A stretch of DNA of 64,000 nt from Methanobacteriota archaeon (GCA_043799545.1 JAZDNO010000026.1:1-64000); one strand, 5' to 3'; shown: positions 37,673 to 47,111, counted from the stretch's first letter. The notes: a model not told the origin generated them from the letters alone. Program-made: numbers and translations.

Positions 37673-38935
37673 CTAGCACATCAGGAAGAGCCAGTAAATC
37701 GCCACTTGGGCGAGGGTGAGGGGGATGCCGACCTTTGCGAACTCCATGAACGTCAGGGTCTGGTTCCCTTTCCTCTCTGCATTCTGGATGATTATCACAT
37801 TGCTGGCGGCTCCGAGGATGAGCAGGTTGCCGGCGATGGTGCTCCCCGCAGCGAGGGCCATGAACCCCCTGTCTCCCGTGCCAGCTGCCACGAGCATCGG
37901 AATGTAAAGAGCCACGAGCGGGACGTTTGATATCACCTGGCTGAGCAGGACGGAGATGATGATAATCATCGCAATTCCAGACATGTCTATGCCCCATTCC
38001 CCGATGAGCCCTTGGAAGAAGCCCGAATTCCAAACGGCGGCCATCAAGACGAACATCGCGGCGAAGAAGACCAGCGTGGACCAGTCGACTCCCTTCATTA
38101 TCCCGACGCGTTTCGGGCTGAGTGCGAGGATTGGCAGCGCAGCCGCAAGCGCGACATAAGTTAGGCGCATCTCGGTGTTCAGTCCTGCGATGGCCATGGA
38201 GATTTTCAAAGCCACCAGCGCCAGTATCATCACGAGGGAGGCTTTGGCGAGCATCGCGAGCTTCGGGTCGCGCAGCGGAACGTCCTCGTGGACCAGCGGC
38301 CTGCCGTGGAACTCTTTTCCGAAGAAGATCCTCAACGCGAGGTATGCTAGCAGGAGGTTGAGCACCGTGGGGACCAGCAGATTCCTCGCGAAGGTGGCGA
38401 ACGGGTTCTCCATCCCCCCGCCGATGGCGATGAGAAGGTTCTGTGGGTTTCCGATTGGGCTGGCCACGCTTCCGACTGTAATCGAGAAGGCGAGCACGAG
38501 CAGCATCAGCTTTGGGGACATCTCGTGCCGCTTCGACATCGCCAGCACGACCGGCGTGCCTATGATTGCAAGCGTGTCGTTCATGAGGAGCGCGGACGCC
38601 GAACCGAACCCAAACATCATAAGTAAGACGAGCTGGTCCGTTGTGCGGGCGCGTCTGAAAAGCCTGTACGACAGATGCTCCAGGTAACCGCTCCGCTCCA
38701 GCGCCTCCCCCACAACGAACATCCCGAAGAGGAATATCATCACGTCGGGGTTTATGGCCTTAATGGCTTCGACGGGTGATATCTGGAGCGTCGCCACGAC
38801 CGCCACCGCGCCACCGAGCATCACCTGCCATATCTGAAGGCGGAAACGCCCGACCTGCCTCACCGCTATGAGCACAAAGACGGCGAGCAGGATGAAGATG
38901 GTGAGGGGCGGCACGGCATCAAGGAAATCCGGCAA
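37673..38935 (-). CDS. ArsB/NhaD (SLC13-like) anion permease
   Basis: ALLMNDT, GSVASPIGNPQNL, SQVISNVP, STIAGNLLILGAASN; about 11 TM. Confidence 0.88.
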   Translation of the reverse strand: MPDFLDAVPPLTIFILLAVFVLIAVRQVGRFRLQIWQVMLGGAVAVVATLQISPVEAIKAINPDVMIFLFGMFVVGEALERSGYLEHLSYRLFRRARTTDQLVLLMMFGFGSASALLMNDTLAIIGTPVVLAMSKRHEMSPKLMLLVLAFSITVGSVASPIGNPQNLLIAIGGGMENPFATFARNLLVPTVLNLLLAYLALRIFFGKEFHGRPLVHEDVPLRDPKLAMLAKASLVMILALVALKISMAIAGLNTEMRLTYVALAAALPILALSPKRVGIMKGVDWSTLVFFAAMFVLMAAVWNSGFFQGLIGEWGIDMSGIAMIIIISVLLSQVISNVPLVALYIPMLVAAGTGDRGFMALAAGSTIAGNLLILGAASNVIIIQNAERKGNQTLTFMEFAKVGIPLTLAQVAIYWLFLMC

Positions 38936-39022
38936 GCAGATATAATATTAATGAAGCCGGCTCGCGCGGAAGGCCGACCCAACCTTTAAATCCCATCTAT
39001 GCGATGCTCGTTTTGGGATAAT

Positions 39023-39721
39023 ATGAAGGAACGCATCAAGACATACGTCATGGACCTGGACGAGCAGATAGGCGGAGGGGTGCCGAAGGGCCACGTCGTG
39101 CTGGTCTCCGGGATGCCTGGAACTATGAAATCGTCAGTCGCTTACAACGTTCTATACTACAACGCGCGCGAGCTAGGTACGCGAGGGCTCTATGTCTCGC
39201 TCGAGCAGGGACGCGACAGCATCGTGGAGCAGATGGCCGGGCTCGGCATGGCGCACGGGGAGGTCGAGGAGCTTGTGAACATCGTGGACCTCGGGTACCT
39301 GCGCATGAACACGGACCAGGGAAAGATGAGCCACGACTGGCTTGAGGTTTTTAGGCTGTATGTCCAAAACCTCCGCGCTGCGACGAAGTACGAACTGCTG
39401 GTGGTCGATTCGCTCCCGGTGCTGGAGATTCTTTCCAAGCCCGACGACCGCCGCGTGAGGCTCTTCGAGCTTTTCGGCTGGCTGCGCGAGCTGGGGATAA
39501 CCACGTTCATCATCTCCGAGTCGGCGAAGCGCGACGACGTCGTGCACGAGGAGGACTTCCTCGCGGACGGCATCATCCTTCTCAGGAAGGAGATAGTCGG
39601 CAACGACGTCCAGCGCCAGATAATCGTTGACAAGATGCGCGGCGCGAAGCACGCCATGGGCGCCTACTCGCTGATGCACGACGGGGAGAACTTCAGGATA
39701 ACGAAGGTCATAAACGGCTGA
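39023..39721 (+). CDS. KaiC-like (RAD55) single-domain ATPase
   Basis: DLDEQIGGGVPKGHVVLVSGMPGTMKSS, YVSLEQ, LVVDSL, FLADGII, VDKMRG. Confidence 0.88.
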   Translation: MKERIKTYVMDLDEQIGGGVPKGHVVLVSGMPGTMKSSVAYNVLYYNARELGTRGLYVSLEQGRDSIVEQMAGLGMAHGEVEELVNIVDLGYLRMNTDQGKMSHDWLEVFRLYVQNLRAATKYELLVVDSLPVLEILSKPDDRRVRLFELFGWLRELGITTFIISESAKRDDVVHEEDFLADGIILLRKEIVGNDVQRQIIVDKMRGAKHAMGAYSLMHDGENFRITKVING

Positions 39722-39792
39722 ACCGTGGTGGCAGCCTCACCGTTCAATCCTCGCCGTCCTCGCCGCACGTTCAACTAGCTTTCGGGAAATCT

Positions 39793-39818
39793 ATGAGAAC
39801 TCTCAGGTAATCTTTAAC
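39793..39818 (+). promoter_or_regulatory. Putative operator + TATA (copy 1): ATGAGAACTCTC-N3-TAATCTTTAA
   Basis: The identical 12-mer recurs at 43027-43038, again followed by TAATCTT. Confidence 0.55.
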
Positions 39819-39877
39819 TAGTCTTACTTACAAAGTAACTTTTCAAGCGTTGCGCAAGCAACGCCGGAGGCTGAAAA

Positions 39878-40375
39878 ATGAGACGATTGGCAACAATAGC
39901 GGTAGCGCTGGCCTTCGTCGCCCTTATCTTTCAGGGCGGCGGAGCTCGAGCGTGCGGTGTGAACGTCGTGGACGCGACAATCAGCGCCACCATCTCGGGG
40001 GGAAACGCGTCGTTCGTAGTGACTTACCCTCCGGAGACGGAGGTCGCGGGGACGATACGCCTAGCTCCCAGACCGCTGGTCTTCACGGAAAACGAGGAAA
40101 CGGGATGCTGGGAGACCGGGGACGTGAGCGCTCGACTGATAATATCCGGAGGCAACTCGGAGATGGCAACATTGATACCTGCGGGACACGGACCGCACGC
40201 GCATGAGACCGTGCTGAGGCTCGGCGGGCCGCTCAAGTTCGTATGCGACCCACTGACGCCCGGCACGGTTTCTCTCGGACCGCTGCCGCTGATGGAACCG
40301 GACATCCAGGACACGTTCGGCAACGGCAGCCCGACGATAATCCTGATGGAACCGGACATCGAAGACCCATACTAA
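39878..40375 (+). CDS. Secreted hypothetical protein with duplicated C-terminal LMEPDI(Q/E)D motif
   Basis: Signal peptide MRRLATIAVALAFVALIFQGGGARA; 18-bp exact repeat at 40289-40306 and 40343-40360. Confidence 0.7.
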   Translation: MRRLATIAVALAFVALIFQGGGARACGVNVVDATISATISGGNASFVVTYPPETEVAGTIRLAPRPLVFTENEETGCWETGDVSARLIISGGNSEMATLIPAGHGPHAHETVLRLGGPLKFVCDPLTPGTVSLGPLPLMEPDIQDTFGNGSPTIILMEPDIEDPY

Positions 40376-42984
40376 GCGAGCATGGTACACTGCCCATGTC
40401 TAATAAACTCTTTCGATATTTCTTTTCTAAGGATCTTGTTTCCCATATCGTCAGCTAAGGAAAGAGCCCGCTTAAAAACACTCCTGGCCTCATCCTCACG
40501 ACCGCAAGCATTGCACGCCATCCCAAGGCGGGTGAGGGCTCGGGCGATGGCTTTGGGCTGAGCGTATCGCTCCGCTGCCTCGACGCCAGACCTCGCAAAG
40601 TCCAGCGCTTCCGTATACTGGCCTCGCTGGTAGTAGACCATCGAAAGGTTGTTGTGCACGGCCACCAGCATACGCAGATCCCCGATGCCCACAAGAATGT
40701 CACGCGCCTTTACCAGCGCATCCTCCGCCGATGTGAGGTCCGGTTTCCTTATCAGCACGCCCCCGAGGTTCGCCAGGGCCATCCCCTCCATCGGGAGGTT
40801 TCCGGTCTCTCTCGCCAGGTTAATGGTTCTATCGTAGTAGCCAACAGCCCCCGGTATGTCGCGCACCGCGAATGAGATCTTTCCGAGCGACATGAGCAGT
40901 TTGAGGATCGTAGCCTTCTCCTCGCTACCTTCCAGAAGCTTCAACGCCCGCTCTTTATAATACCTCGCCCGCCCGAGGTGCCCCCGCGCCTCTTCCACCC
41001 GCCCCTTGCCGTAGAATGCCAATGCCAACAGCGGCGTGCTTCCGCAGGATTCGGCCAGCTTCCTCACCATACCGAATTCGCTTTCGGCCATTTCCATGTC
41101 CTCTGTCTCGAGGAGCGATCCCATGAAGTACCGCCCTCTTGCCTCGGATTCCCTGTTCCCGGTTTTCACAGAGAGGGCAATCCCCTGGTCGAGCGCATGG
41201 CGCGCTTCAGCCCTCTTCCCTCTATGCAGGCACAGCTCGCCCAGGGCGCACAGCGCGTCGCATTCGAGCCCGGAGATCCGCGCCTCCCGCGCCAGTGAAA
41301 CTGCGGAGCCGAGCTTGATGGAGGCCTCGCTCCACCTTCCCACGTGCCCGTAGACCTTGCCCAGGGAGACCAGCATCTTCGGGTCAAGCTCCGTCCGCCC
41401 GCCGCACAAAACATCGGCAGCCTCGTCCAGCCCGTGCACGAACCCCTTCCCGACCAGCTCGACCGCCAGCTTGCAGAAAAGGGCGCGCGCCTCTGCATCC
41501 TCCCCGGCCTTGCACAAATGATGGATGGCCTCGAGCCCGCTTGCGGGACCGACCGACCCCGCGTAGTGCCTTCCCAGCAGGAGATGGGCCCTCTTCCTCT
41601 CAGGGCCGGCCCGCCTCTTCTGGACAAAGTCAGACAGGATGTCGTGCACTCCGAACGCCGTGGGCGACACCGGCATGGCCAGGCCGCGCTCGACAAGGCC
41701 GTCCATCCTCTCCCGCCCCACGCCCAGCGGTCCGGCCAAGGCGTCGACGGAGATCGGTTCGCGCGAGACGCTGAGCAGCGTCATCGCCTCCCAATCGGCT
41801 TCGGAGAGACCGGAAAACACCTCGGCGCGCAGGTAACAGTCCAGGCTTTTGTCGACCGCCGGGCTCTCCGCCGGGGCGAGCTTGAGAAACAGGGGGTGCC
41901 CCCCGCAGAGTTGAACCAGCCCTCCGGCTGGCACCTTCCTGGCCGCAAGTATCTTCCTCGAGGATTCGGAATCCAGGAAACCTAGCTTGATTTCGGAGAC
42001 AGTTCCGTCCATAACGTCGCGCCCGTCATGGATTTTCGGGCATCTTCTGCCGATCGACACAAGCTTGAGGCCAGGTTCGCCACGGGTTATTTCCAGAAGC
42101 ATCGACACGAGGTCCATCGCGTCGCCGCGTGCGGCATGGATGTCATCGATGACCACCGCCAGCCTCATCCGCTTGGCGTCCTCCGCCATCGCGCGCCCGA
42201 AGACCTGCAAATCCCAGTCGCCTGCGGAGAGCGCGGATGCCGTGCGGCTGCGACCGAGGACTGACAGGAATGCCCCCAGCTCCGCCGCCACCTGCTGCGC
42301 CGAGGTCCAGCGCTTCAGCGGAATCCAGCAGACGTGCGACCTTGCGGACCAGTTTTTCACCATTCTGGATATGAACGCGGTCTTTCCAATCCCGGCGATT
42401 CCCGTGACAACGAGCATTTTCGCGGCGCGGCTGCGCCACCATTCGGACGCCTTGGCCATCTCCGCGCTCCGGCCGTAGAAATCGCCCAGCTCGGGGATTG
42501 CCTTTACGGCATAGCCGCCGAAACCGCGCTTGACGCGCCGGCCCTCAAACCAGTTCAGGTCCAGCTCCCCGAATTTCACTGACCCGGCGACCTCAGACAA
42601 CGTGCATCCTGCAGGGACGTACGCCGGAATCTCGGAGAGCGGAACGACCCTCGGACCTCCCGGCGTCTCAATCCTCACATCCAGCATCTCGGCCCTCTCC
42701 ATGAGCGCCCCGAGTTCGACCGCGCCAGCCCTGTCGAGCCGGTAATATTTTGAGATGTGGGTCCGGCCGGCCGGCCTCGCGCGCCTAACCTCCACCAGCC
42801 TCGCGCGCTCCATCTCCTTCAGAGCCCTCGCGACGTTTCCCCTTCCGACTCCGGTGGCGTACGCGATACCCTCCTGTGTAACCGTGTTGGGAACGTCGTG
42901 GTCCCTGACGACGCGCTGCTCGCCGAGGTGGAGGACTATACGCTCCTTCACTGTGAACGCGGCCTCTCCCTTCCTTGGCCTCAT
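40372..42984 (-). CDS. Winged-HTH + STAND-like ATPase + TPR repeats (paralog of 7539-10265)
   Basis: TQEGIAYATGVGRGNVARALKEM; FYGRSAEM; Walker A GIAGIGKT; Walker B AVVIDDIH; GGHPLFLKL; TPR-like tail. Confidence 0.83.
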   Translation of the reverse strand: MRPRKGEAAFTVKERIVLHLGEQRVVRDHDVPNTVTQEGIAYATGVGRGNVARALKEMERARLVEVRRARPAGRTHISKYYRLDRAGAVELGALMERAEMLDVRIETPGGPRVVPLSEIPAYVPAGCTLSEVAGSVKFGELDLNWFEGRRVKRGFGGYAVKAIPELGDFYGRSAEMAKASEWWRSRAAKMLVVTGIAGIGKTAFISRMVKNWSARSHVCWIPLKRWTSAQQVAAELGAFLSVLGRSRTASALSAGDWDLQVFGRAMAEDAKRMRLAVVIDDIHAARGDAMDLVSMLLEITRGEPGLKLVSIGRRCPKIHDGRDVMDGTVSEIKLGFLDSESSRKILAARKVPAGGLVQLCGGHPLFLKLAPAESPAVDKSLDCYLRAEVFSGLSEADWEAMTLLSVSREPISVDALAGPLGVGRERMDGLVERGLAMPVSPTAFGVHDILSDFVQKRRAGPERKRAHLLLGRHYAGSVGPASGLEAIHHLCKAGEDAEARALFCKLAVELVGKGFVHGLDEAADVLCGGRTELDPKMLVSLGKVYGHVGRWSEASIKLGSAVSLAREARISGLECDALCALGELCLHRGKRAEARHALDQGIALSVKTGNRESEARGRYFMGSLLETEDMEMAESEFGMVRKLAESCGSTPLLALAFYGKGRVEEARGHLGRARYYKERALKLLEGSEEKATILKLLMSLGKISFAVRDIPGAVGYYDRTINLARETGNLPMEGMALANLGGVLIRKPDLTSAEDALVKARDILVGIGDLRMLVAVHNNLSMVYYQRGQYTEALDFARSGVEAAERYAQPKAIARALTRLGMACNACGREDEARSVFKRALSLADDMGNKILRKEISKEFIRHGQCTMLA

Positions 42985-43026
42985 CAGGGATGAGATTGGC
43001 TACGTCATAGAAAAAGGTATCTGAAA

Positions 43027-43054
43027 ATGAGAACTCTCGCGATAATCTTAAATA
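43027..43054 (+). promoter_or_regulatory. Putative operator + TATA (copy 2): ATGAGAACTCTC-N4-TAATCTTAAATA
   Basis: Same 12-mer as 39793-39804, in the divergent promoter region of the HTH-ATPase-TPR gene. Confidence 0.55.
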
Positions 43055-43078
43055 TTAAGAACATGAACATCGCCACGG

Positions 43079-43243
43079 ATGACGGAACACCAGAGAAAGC
43101 CAGAGCCCCGGTGCGACTGCCACACTTGCAGGCTCGCCAGGATAGAGGCCAGCATCGATTCTCTGCGCAAGTCCGTCGATGACATTTCCGCGTCGGTGGA
43201 GAGGCCCTTCAAGCGCGACGGGAGTAGCGGGGGGCGGGATTGA
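43079..43243 (+). CDS. Putative 54-aa small protein MTEHQRKPEPRCDCHTCRLARIEASIDSLRKSVDDISASVERPFKRDGSSGGRD
   Basis: Manual translation. It follows a TATA-like element, its stop is 1 nt before the DUF835 ATG, and it has a CxCxxC motif plus heptad pattern. Confidence 0.45.
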   Translation: MTEHQRKPEPRCDCHTCRLARIEASIDSLRKSVDDISASVERPFKRDGSSGGRD

Positions 43244-43244
43244 A

Positions 43245-43724
43245 ATGCCAGACGCACAACATATTTGCCCCGGCGTCAGCATCATCGTCGAGCCCGAGCC
43301 CAACCGAATCATGAAGTTGTTCTCCGAACTTGTCACAGGCGGCTGCAAGGGGCTCTACATGACGAGAAGGTGTCCGAGCGAAGTCGCAAAGAGACCGGAG
43401 AGGGGCTCCGTGAAATATGTATGGCTGCCTCGCAAGGACTCGCACACGAGGGGAGAGGAGGCTTTCGCCCTGGGCAGCACGATAGAGAGGTTCCTTGATG
43501 AGAGCGAGGGGGGTGTGGTTGCGGTGGACTGCGTCGATTGCCTGAACTCCGCGAGCGGTGGGAAGACGTTCGCGGAGATGCTAGGCGCAGTCTCCCGCAA
43601 GGCCCTGGAGCGGGGGTCGTACGTCCTGATCCAGACATCGGGCATGGCGCTTTCGGAGGAGGAACTGGAGAAGCATGCCGGCGCGACCGGGTTCCCTATA
43701 CTCGCCAGGGACGGGACAGGCTGA
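43245..43724 (+). CDS. DUF835 domain protein (degenerate KaiC-like P-loop fold)
   Basis: GLYMTRRCP, YVWLP, GGVVAVDCVDCLNSASG; stand-alone, 159 aa. Confidence 0.72.
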   Translation: MPDAQHICPGVSIIVEPEPNRIMKLFSELVTGGCKGLYMTRRCPSEVAKRPERGSVKYVWLPRKDSHTRGEEAFALGSTIERFLDESEGGVVAVDCVDCLNSASGGKTFAEMLGAVSRKALERGSYVLIQTSGMALSEEELEKHAGATGFPILARDGTG

Positions 43725-44274
43725 GGAATAGGTTGTCAAGCACGGATTGCCGCGGCTCGCCGCTATCTTCGACGTCGGGAGCGTCCGAGGCGTCCCAGGC
43801 AACGAACGCGAAGGCCATAACGCAGAACGCCGCCCACAGCGCCAAAGGCACGTCCGATATCGCAAGAAACGGCCGGCTCCCGGCATAAATGACGGCTCCC
43901 CGCGCGGCCACGAACGTTCCCGTCTCGACGGGATAGGCCATTGGCAGGGCGTTGCCTGCGGCGATGTCGAGCGCCATGTGCCCCGCCAACACGGCGAGAA
44001 CGGCGAGGGCGAGCGTCTGGGCGTTTGCGTTCCTTTCAGGCTTCGCGTGGTCGAACACGAACGCCGCTGCGAACAGCATCGTCGGGGCGACGACGAGGAA
44101 ATAGCCGCTGTGCAACCAGGATTCTGGCATGGACGGAGATGTGAGGAAATGGTCCAAGTCCGGCAGCATGCCGAGGATTCCGCAAGCCAGGGCGAAGAAC
44201 AGCGGGTGCCTCTGCCCCCGCGCCAGCATGGCCCCGACCAAGAGCGACATCGTGAAATGAATTATCGGCTGCAT
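43696..44274 (-). CDS. Membrane metal-dependent hydrolase (YdjM/DUF457-like)
   Basis: IHF, LPDLDH, LHS, GHMALD motifs in a hydrophobic protein. Confidence 0.78.
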   Translation of the reverse strand: MQPIIHFTMSLLVGAMLARGQRHPLFFALACGILGMLPDLDHFLTSPSMPESWLHSGYFLVVAPTMLFAAAFVFDHAKPERNANAQTLALAVLAVLAGHMALDIAAGNALPMAYPVETGTFVAARGAVIYAGSRPFLAISDVPLALWAAFCVMAFAFVAWDASDAPDVEDSGEPRQSVLDNLFLSLSRPWRV

Positions 44275-44418
44275 CGCCCAAGCATAGCATGTCGGGACGA
44301 TTTAACCGGTCGCCTACGGTTCCGCTCCGTGATTGCCGCCCGTGATTATTGCAGGTGATACCAGTGTCGATACAGGTATATCCCTTCCACACGATTGAGT
44401 TGTGAGGTCGAAACAGCG

Positions 44419-45168
44419 ATGAATGAAAAGGACGTCGTGCTGATGAACAAGTTCGTGAACGAGGTCAGCGGCAAGGAAAACGGGCACAGGGTGCTCCTCT
44501 CGGTGAAATACAACCAGATATGCAAGATTAACCTCATCCTCCTGAGGGCTCTCATCGGGGAGCAGGGCAAGCACGGCCTGTTCGTGACCGTGGACCGCCC
44601 GCACCAGTACATGACCTACCTTCTGGACCTGCACAAAATCCCCCGGGACGGCCTGATCTTCCTGGACATAATAAGCAGGTTCTCGGGGGAATCCATCAAG
44701 GTGTGCGACACGGATGTGAACACAGCCTCGCCTTTCAGGATAAACGAGCTGCTAGACCTCCTGGAACACGGCGGCGGCGGGCGCGACAGCCGGACGGCGA
44801 AGATAGATTTCGGGCTCCTGGACTTCATTATGATAGACAACCTCGGAGCCATGCTGTCATACAACGAGCTTGACGACGTCGCCGCCTTCATCCAGAGATA
44901 CCTGCGCCTCGTCGAGAGGTACGGAAAGCTGTTCACGGCCATCGTCATTGACGTCCGGGCCCAGCCAGCCCTTTACAAAGCGGTGCAGGGGCTCTGCCAG
45001 CAAGAGTTTTTAGTCGCAGACGACGGGACCCTGGTGTTATTGGCTACGCCGAATGACTTTCACGAGCCTGAAAAGAAGATGGACGAGATAGCCGAATCCG
45101 TCCTCCTGTACGCGCCGGACAGTCCGAGAATTGGAGCCGCTCATCCGAGGCCGGTCGGGGGCGCGTGA
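44419..45168 (+). CDS. KaiC-associated degenerate P-loop protein
   Basis: GLFVTVDRP, FLDIIS, FIMIDNLGAMLSYN; directly upstream of a KaiC-like gene. Confidence 0.6.
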   Translation: MNEKDVVLMNKFVNEVSGKENGHRVLLSVKYNQICKINLILLRALIGEQGKHGLFVTVDRPHQYMTYLLDLHKIPRDGLIFLDIISRFSGESIKVCDTDVNTASPFRINELLDLLEHGGGGRDSRTAKIDFGLLDFIMIDNLGAMLSYNELDDVAAFIQRYLRLVERYGKLFTAIVIDVRAQPALYKAVQGLCQQEFLVADDGTLVLLATPNDFHEPEKKMDEIAESVLLYAPDSPRIGAAHPRPVGGA

Positions 45169-45169
45169 A

Positions 45170-45853
45170 ATGGCCGACTCCTTCCAGCGGGTGCCGAGCG
45201 GCATCCCCGGCTTGGACGAAATGCTCGACGGTGGTTTTCCATTCCCGTCCGTCATCCTTCTGGCAGGCAGCGCGGGCACGGGCAAGACCACGTTCTGCCA
45301 GAAGTTCCTTTCATCTGGAGCGGATGCCGGCGAGCAGTGCCTGTACCTCACGACCTTGAGCGAGCCCACGCAGTGGATGCTGCGGTTCGCGACGCAGTTC
45401 AGCTACGTGAACAAGCGACACTTCGGCAAGGAAATCGTGTACGTGGACATGGGCGAGCTGGTCCGCAAGGGCAAACCGGCGGACCTGCTCTCGTTCGTGG
45501 ACGAGCAGGTCGGGTCCATCATGCCACAGCGCATCGTAATAGACCCGATAACGGTCGTCGGCGACTTCATGGAGAAGAACTACCGGAGCTTCCTCTTCGA
45601 CCTCTCGAACAAGCTGAAGAACTGGCGGGCCGTGACTATTTTGACTGGCGAGGTGAAGCCCGGCGACCTGTACCCTGCGGAAGCGGCCTATGCGACCGAC
45701 GGGGTGATACTGCTGAGGCTCCTCGAGGAGGACGGCGCGCGCAGGAAATACATCGAAGTGCTCAAGATGCGCGGGACGAACCACACCTCCGGGAGGCAGT
45801 GCATAGACATCACAAAGCAGGACGGCATCGTGGTGCTCAAGTCGAAGTTTTGA
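45170..45853 (+). CDS. KaiC-like (RAD55) single-domain ATPase
   Basis: RVPSGIPGLDEMLDGG, GSAGTGKT, RIVIDPIT, YATDGVI, EVLKMRGT. Confidence 0.9.
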   Translation: MADSFQRVPSGIPGLDEMLDGGFPFPSVILLAGSAGTGKTTFCQKFLSSGADAGEQCLYLTTLSEPTQWMLRFATQFSYVNKRHFGKEIVYVDMGELVRKGKPADLLSFVDEQVGSIMPQRIVIDPITVVGDFMEKNYRSFLFDLSNKLKNWRAVTILTGEVKPGDLYPAEAAYATDGVILLRLLEEDGARRKYIEVLKMRGTNHTSGRQCIDITKQDGIVVLKSKF

Positions 45854-45991
45854 TGCCGCTGGCTTTGAATCCCGCAATTGAGGTCGTGATTATCAGCGGC
45901 GATAACGACGGAGGAGGTTTGTAATAGCCCGCCCCGCATCTGTAGATTGGGAGGAAGAACCCTATCATAACCTCTCTGAAAGCCTCTATGA

Positions 45992-46029
45992 ACGGGCTCC
46001 GGCATTTGCCGTGGCCCGTCCCTTTTTTT
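45992..46029 (+). terminator. GC hairpin + T7 tract terminator
   Basis: ACGGGC-TC-CGGCA-TT-TGCCG-TG-GCCCGT followed by CCC and T7. Confidence 0.65.
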
Positions 46030-46107
46030 AACGCCGACGATGAATGTGTAAATGACTTGACCGGCAGCCCCGAGATTTGATGTCGGAAGCAGGCTCGCCG
46101 CCATGAG

Positions 46108-46245
46108 TTAACATCTGTGCTTGCGTTCGGCCCTCTCTGGCTTCGGTTCGTACGGTATCAGCCTTATGCTGAGGACGTTCTTCATCGGGACTTCGAGCAT
46201 CGTCGTTATCACGTCGCCGGATATCTTCGTGAATTTTATCTTCAT
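46108..46245 (-). CDS. Possible 45-aa small protein MKIKFTKISGDVITTMLEVPMKNVLSIRLIPYEPKPERAERKHRC
   Basis: Internal ATG of track ORF 46108-46416; protein-like beta-strand pattern and host-like codons. Confidence 0.4.
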   Translation of the reverse strand: MKIKFTKISGDVITTMLEVPMKNVLSIRLIPYEPKPERAERKHRC

Positions 46246-46336
46246 GAACCGGGAAACGGCTTCCCCGAGAATAAAGCAAGCTGCCTGAATGGCGCGTTTG
46301 AGAATCAGCGACGATTGGCAGCGCCTACCGAGGCCT

Positions 46337-46705
46337 TCAGGGTTGATCGAACGCGCTGCCGGGCAATCCAGTTTCAGCGGAGCCGGCCCCTGCGCCGATT
46401 TTCTTCGTCCTGCCATCTTTGAAAGAGACCTTCACGAGCATCTTTCCCCCATCGAAGGAGACTTCCATCCCTTTGACATTCGAGAGATACAAACGGATCC
46501 ACTTGCCCCGCGGGTTGAGGAAACGCTCCTTGTACTCGATGACGCCGATTTCCTCCAGCGCCTTGATGCGCCGGTAGCAGGCCGCGATGGGAATACCGCA
46601 CTGCTGCGAGAGACCCTGGGCGCTCTTCGGGCGCATGCTCGTCGCGAAGATTATCTGGGATGAATACCTGTCCGTCACCAGTTTCGCTGCTTCATCCTTT
46701 TCCAT
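46337..46705 (-). CDS. ArsR-like winged-HTH protein (paralog 1)
   Basis: KSAQGLSQQCGIPIAACYRRIKALEE. Confidence 0.82.
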   Translation of the reverse strand: MEKDEAAKLVTDRYSSQIIFATSMRPKSAQGLSQQCGIPIAACYRRIKALEEIGVIEYKERFLNPRGKWIRLYLSNVKGMEVSFDGGKMLVKVSFKDGRTKKIGAGAGSAETGLPGSAFDQP

Positions 46706-46865
46706 ATCTGAACCCTCCCCTTGACAATGATGTACATGAAAGGCAGGGTATTTAAAACGTCGCGCGTGAGAATCATCCGCGCATCTCGAAAGTAAGATTC
46801 AGCCCTGACAGCCGAAGGGGCAGGATACTATACCCGTCCCGCCAATATCCATGGGTCGTGAATAA

Positions 46866-47111
46866 ATGATAACCAAGAGAATAGACAAGGTTGTGATCCT
46901 CCTGGCGCTGGGGTTCGTCTTCATCGTGCAAACGATTGTGACGGGCGAGCTCGGATACGTGCCGACGGACATCCTTGTCAAACTCGGCCTGGGCATCGGA
47001 TTCAGCATGGTGCTCGGCTCAGGATACGCCCTCATTGTACCGGCGACCGGCATGCGAAACGCGTTCCGCGCCAGCACGAGCGCCCCCAGCGGGCTCCCGG
47101 CAGCAGCATGA
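46866..47111 (+). CDS. Small membrane protein (about 2-3 TM)
   Basis: 81-aa hydrophobic ORF filling the gap between convergent genes. Confidence 0.55.
   Translation: MITKRIDKVVILLALGFVFIVQTIVTGELGYVPTDILVKLGLGIGFSMVLGSGYALIVPATGMRNAFRASTSAPSGLPAAA

Noticed and set aside
45895-45990. Fluoride-riboswitch-like start (GGCGAT...)
   Set aside because: Lacks the GGCGATGGxGTTCGCC pairing and is not upstream of crcB or a related gene.
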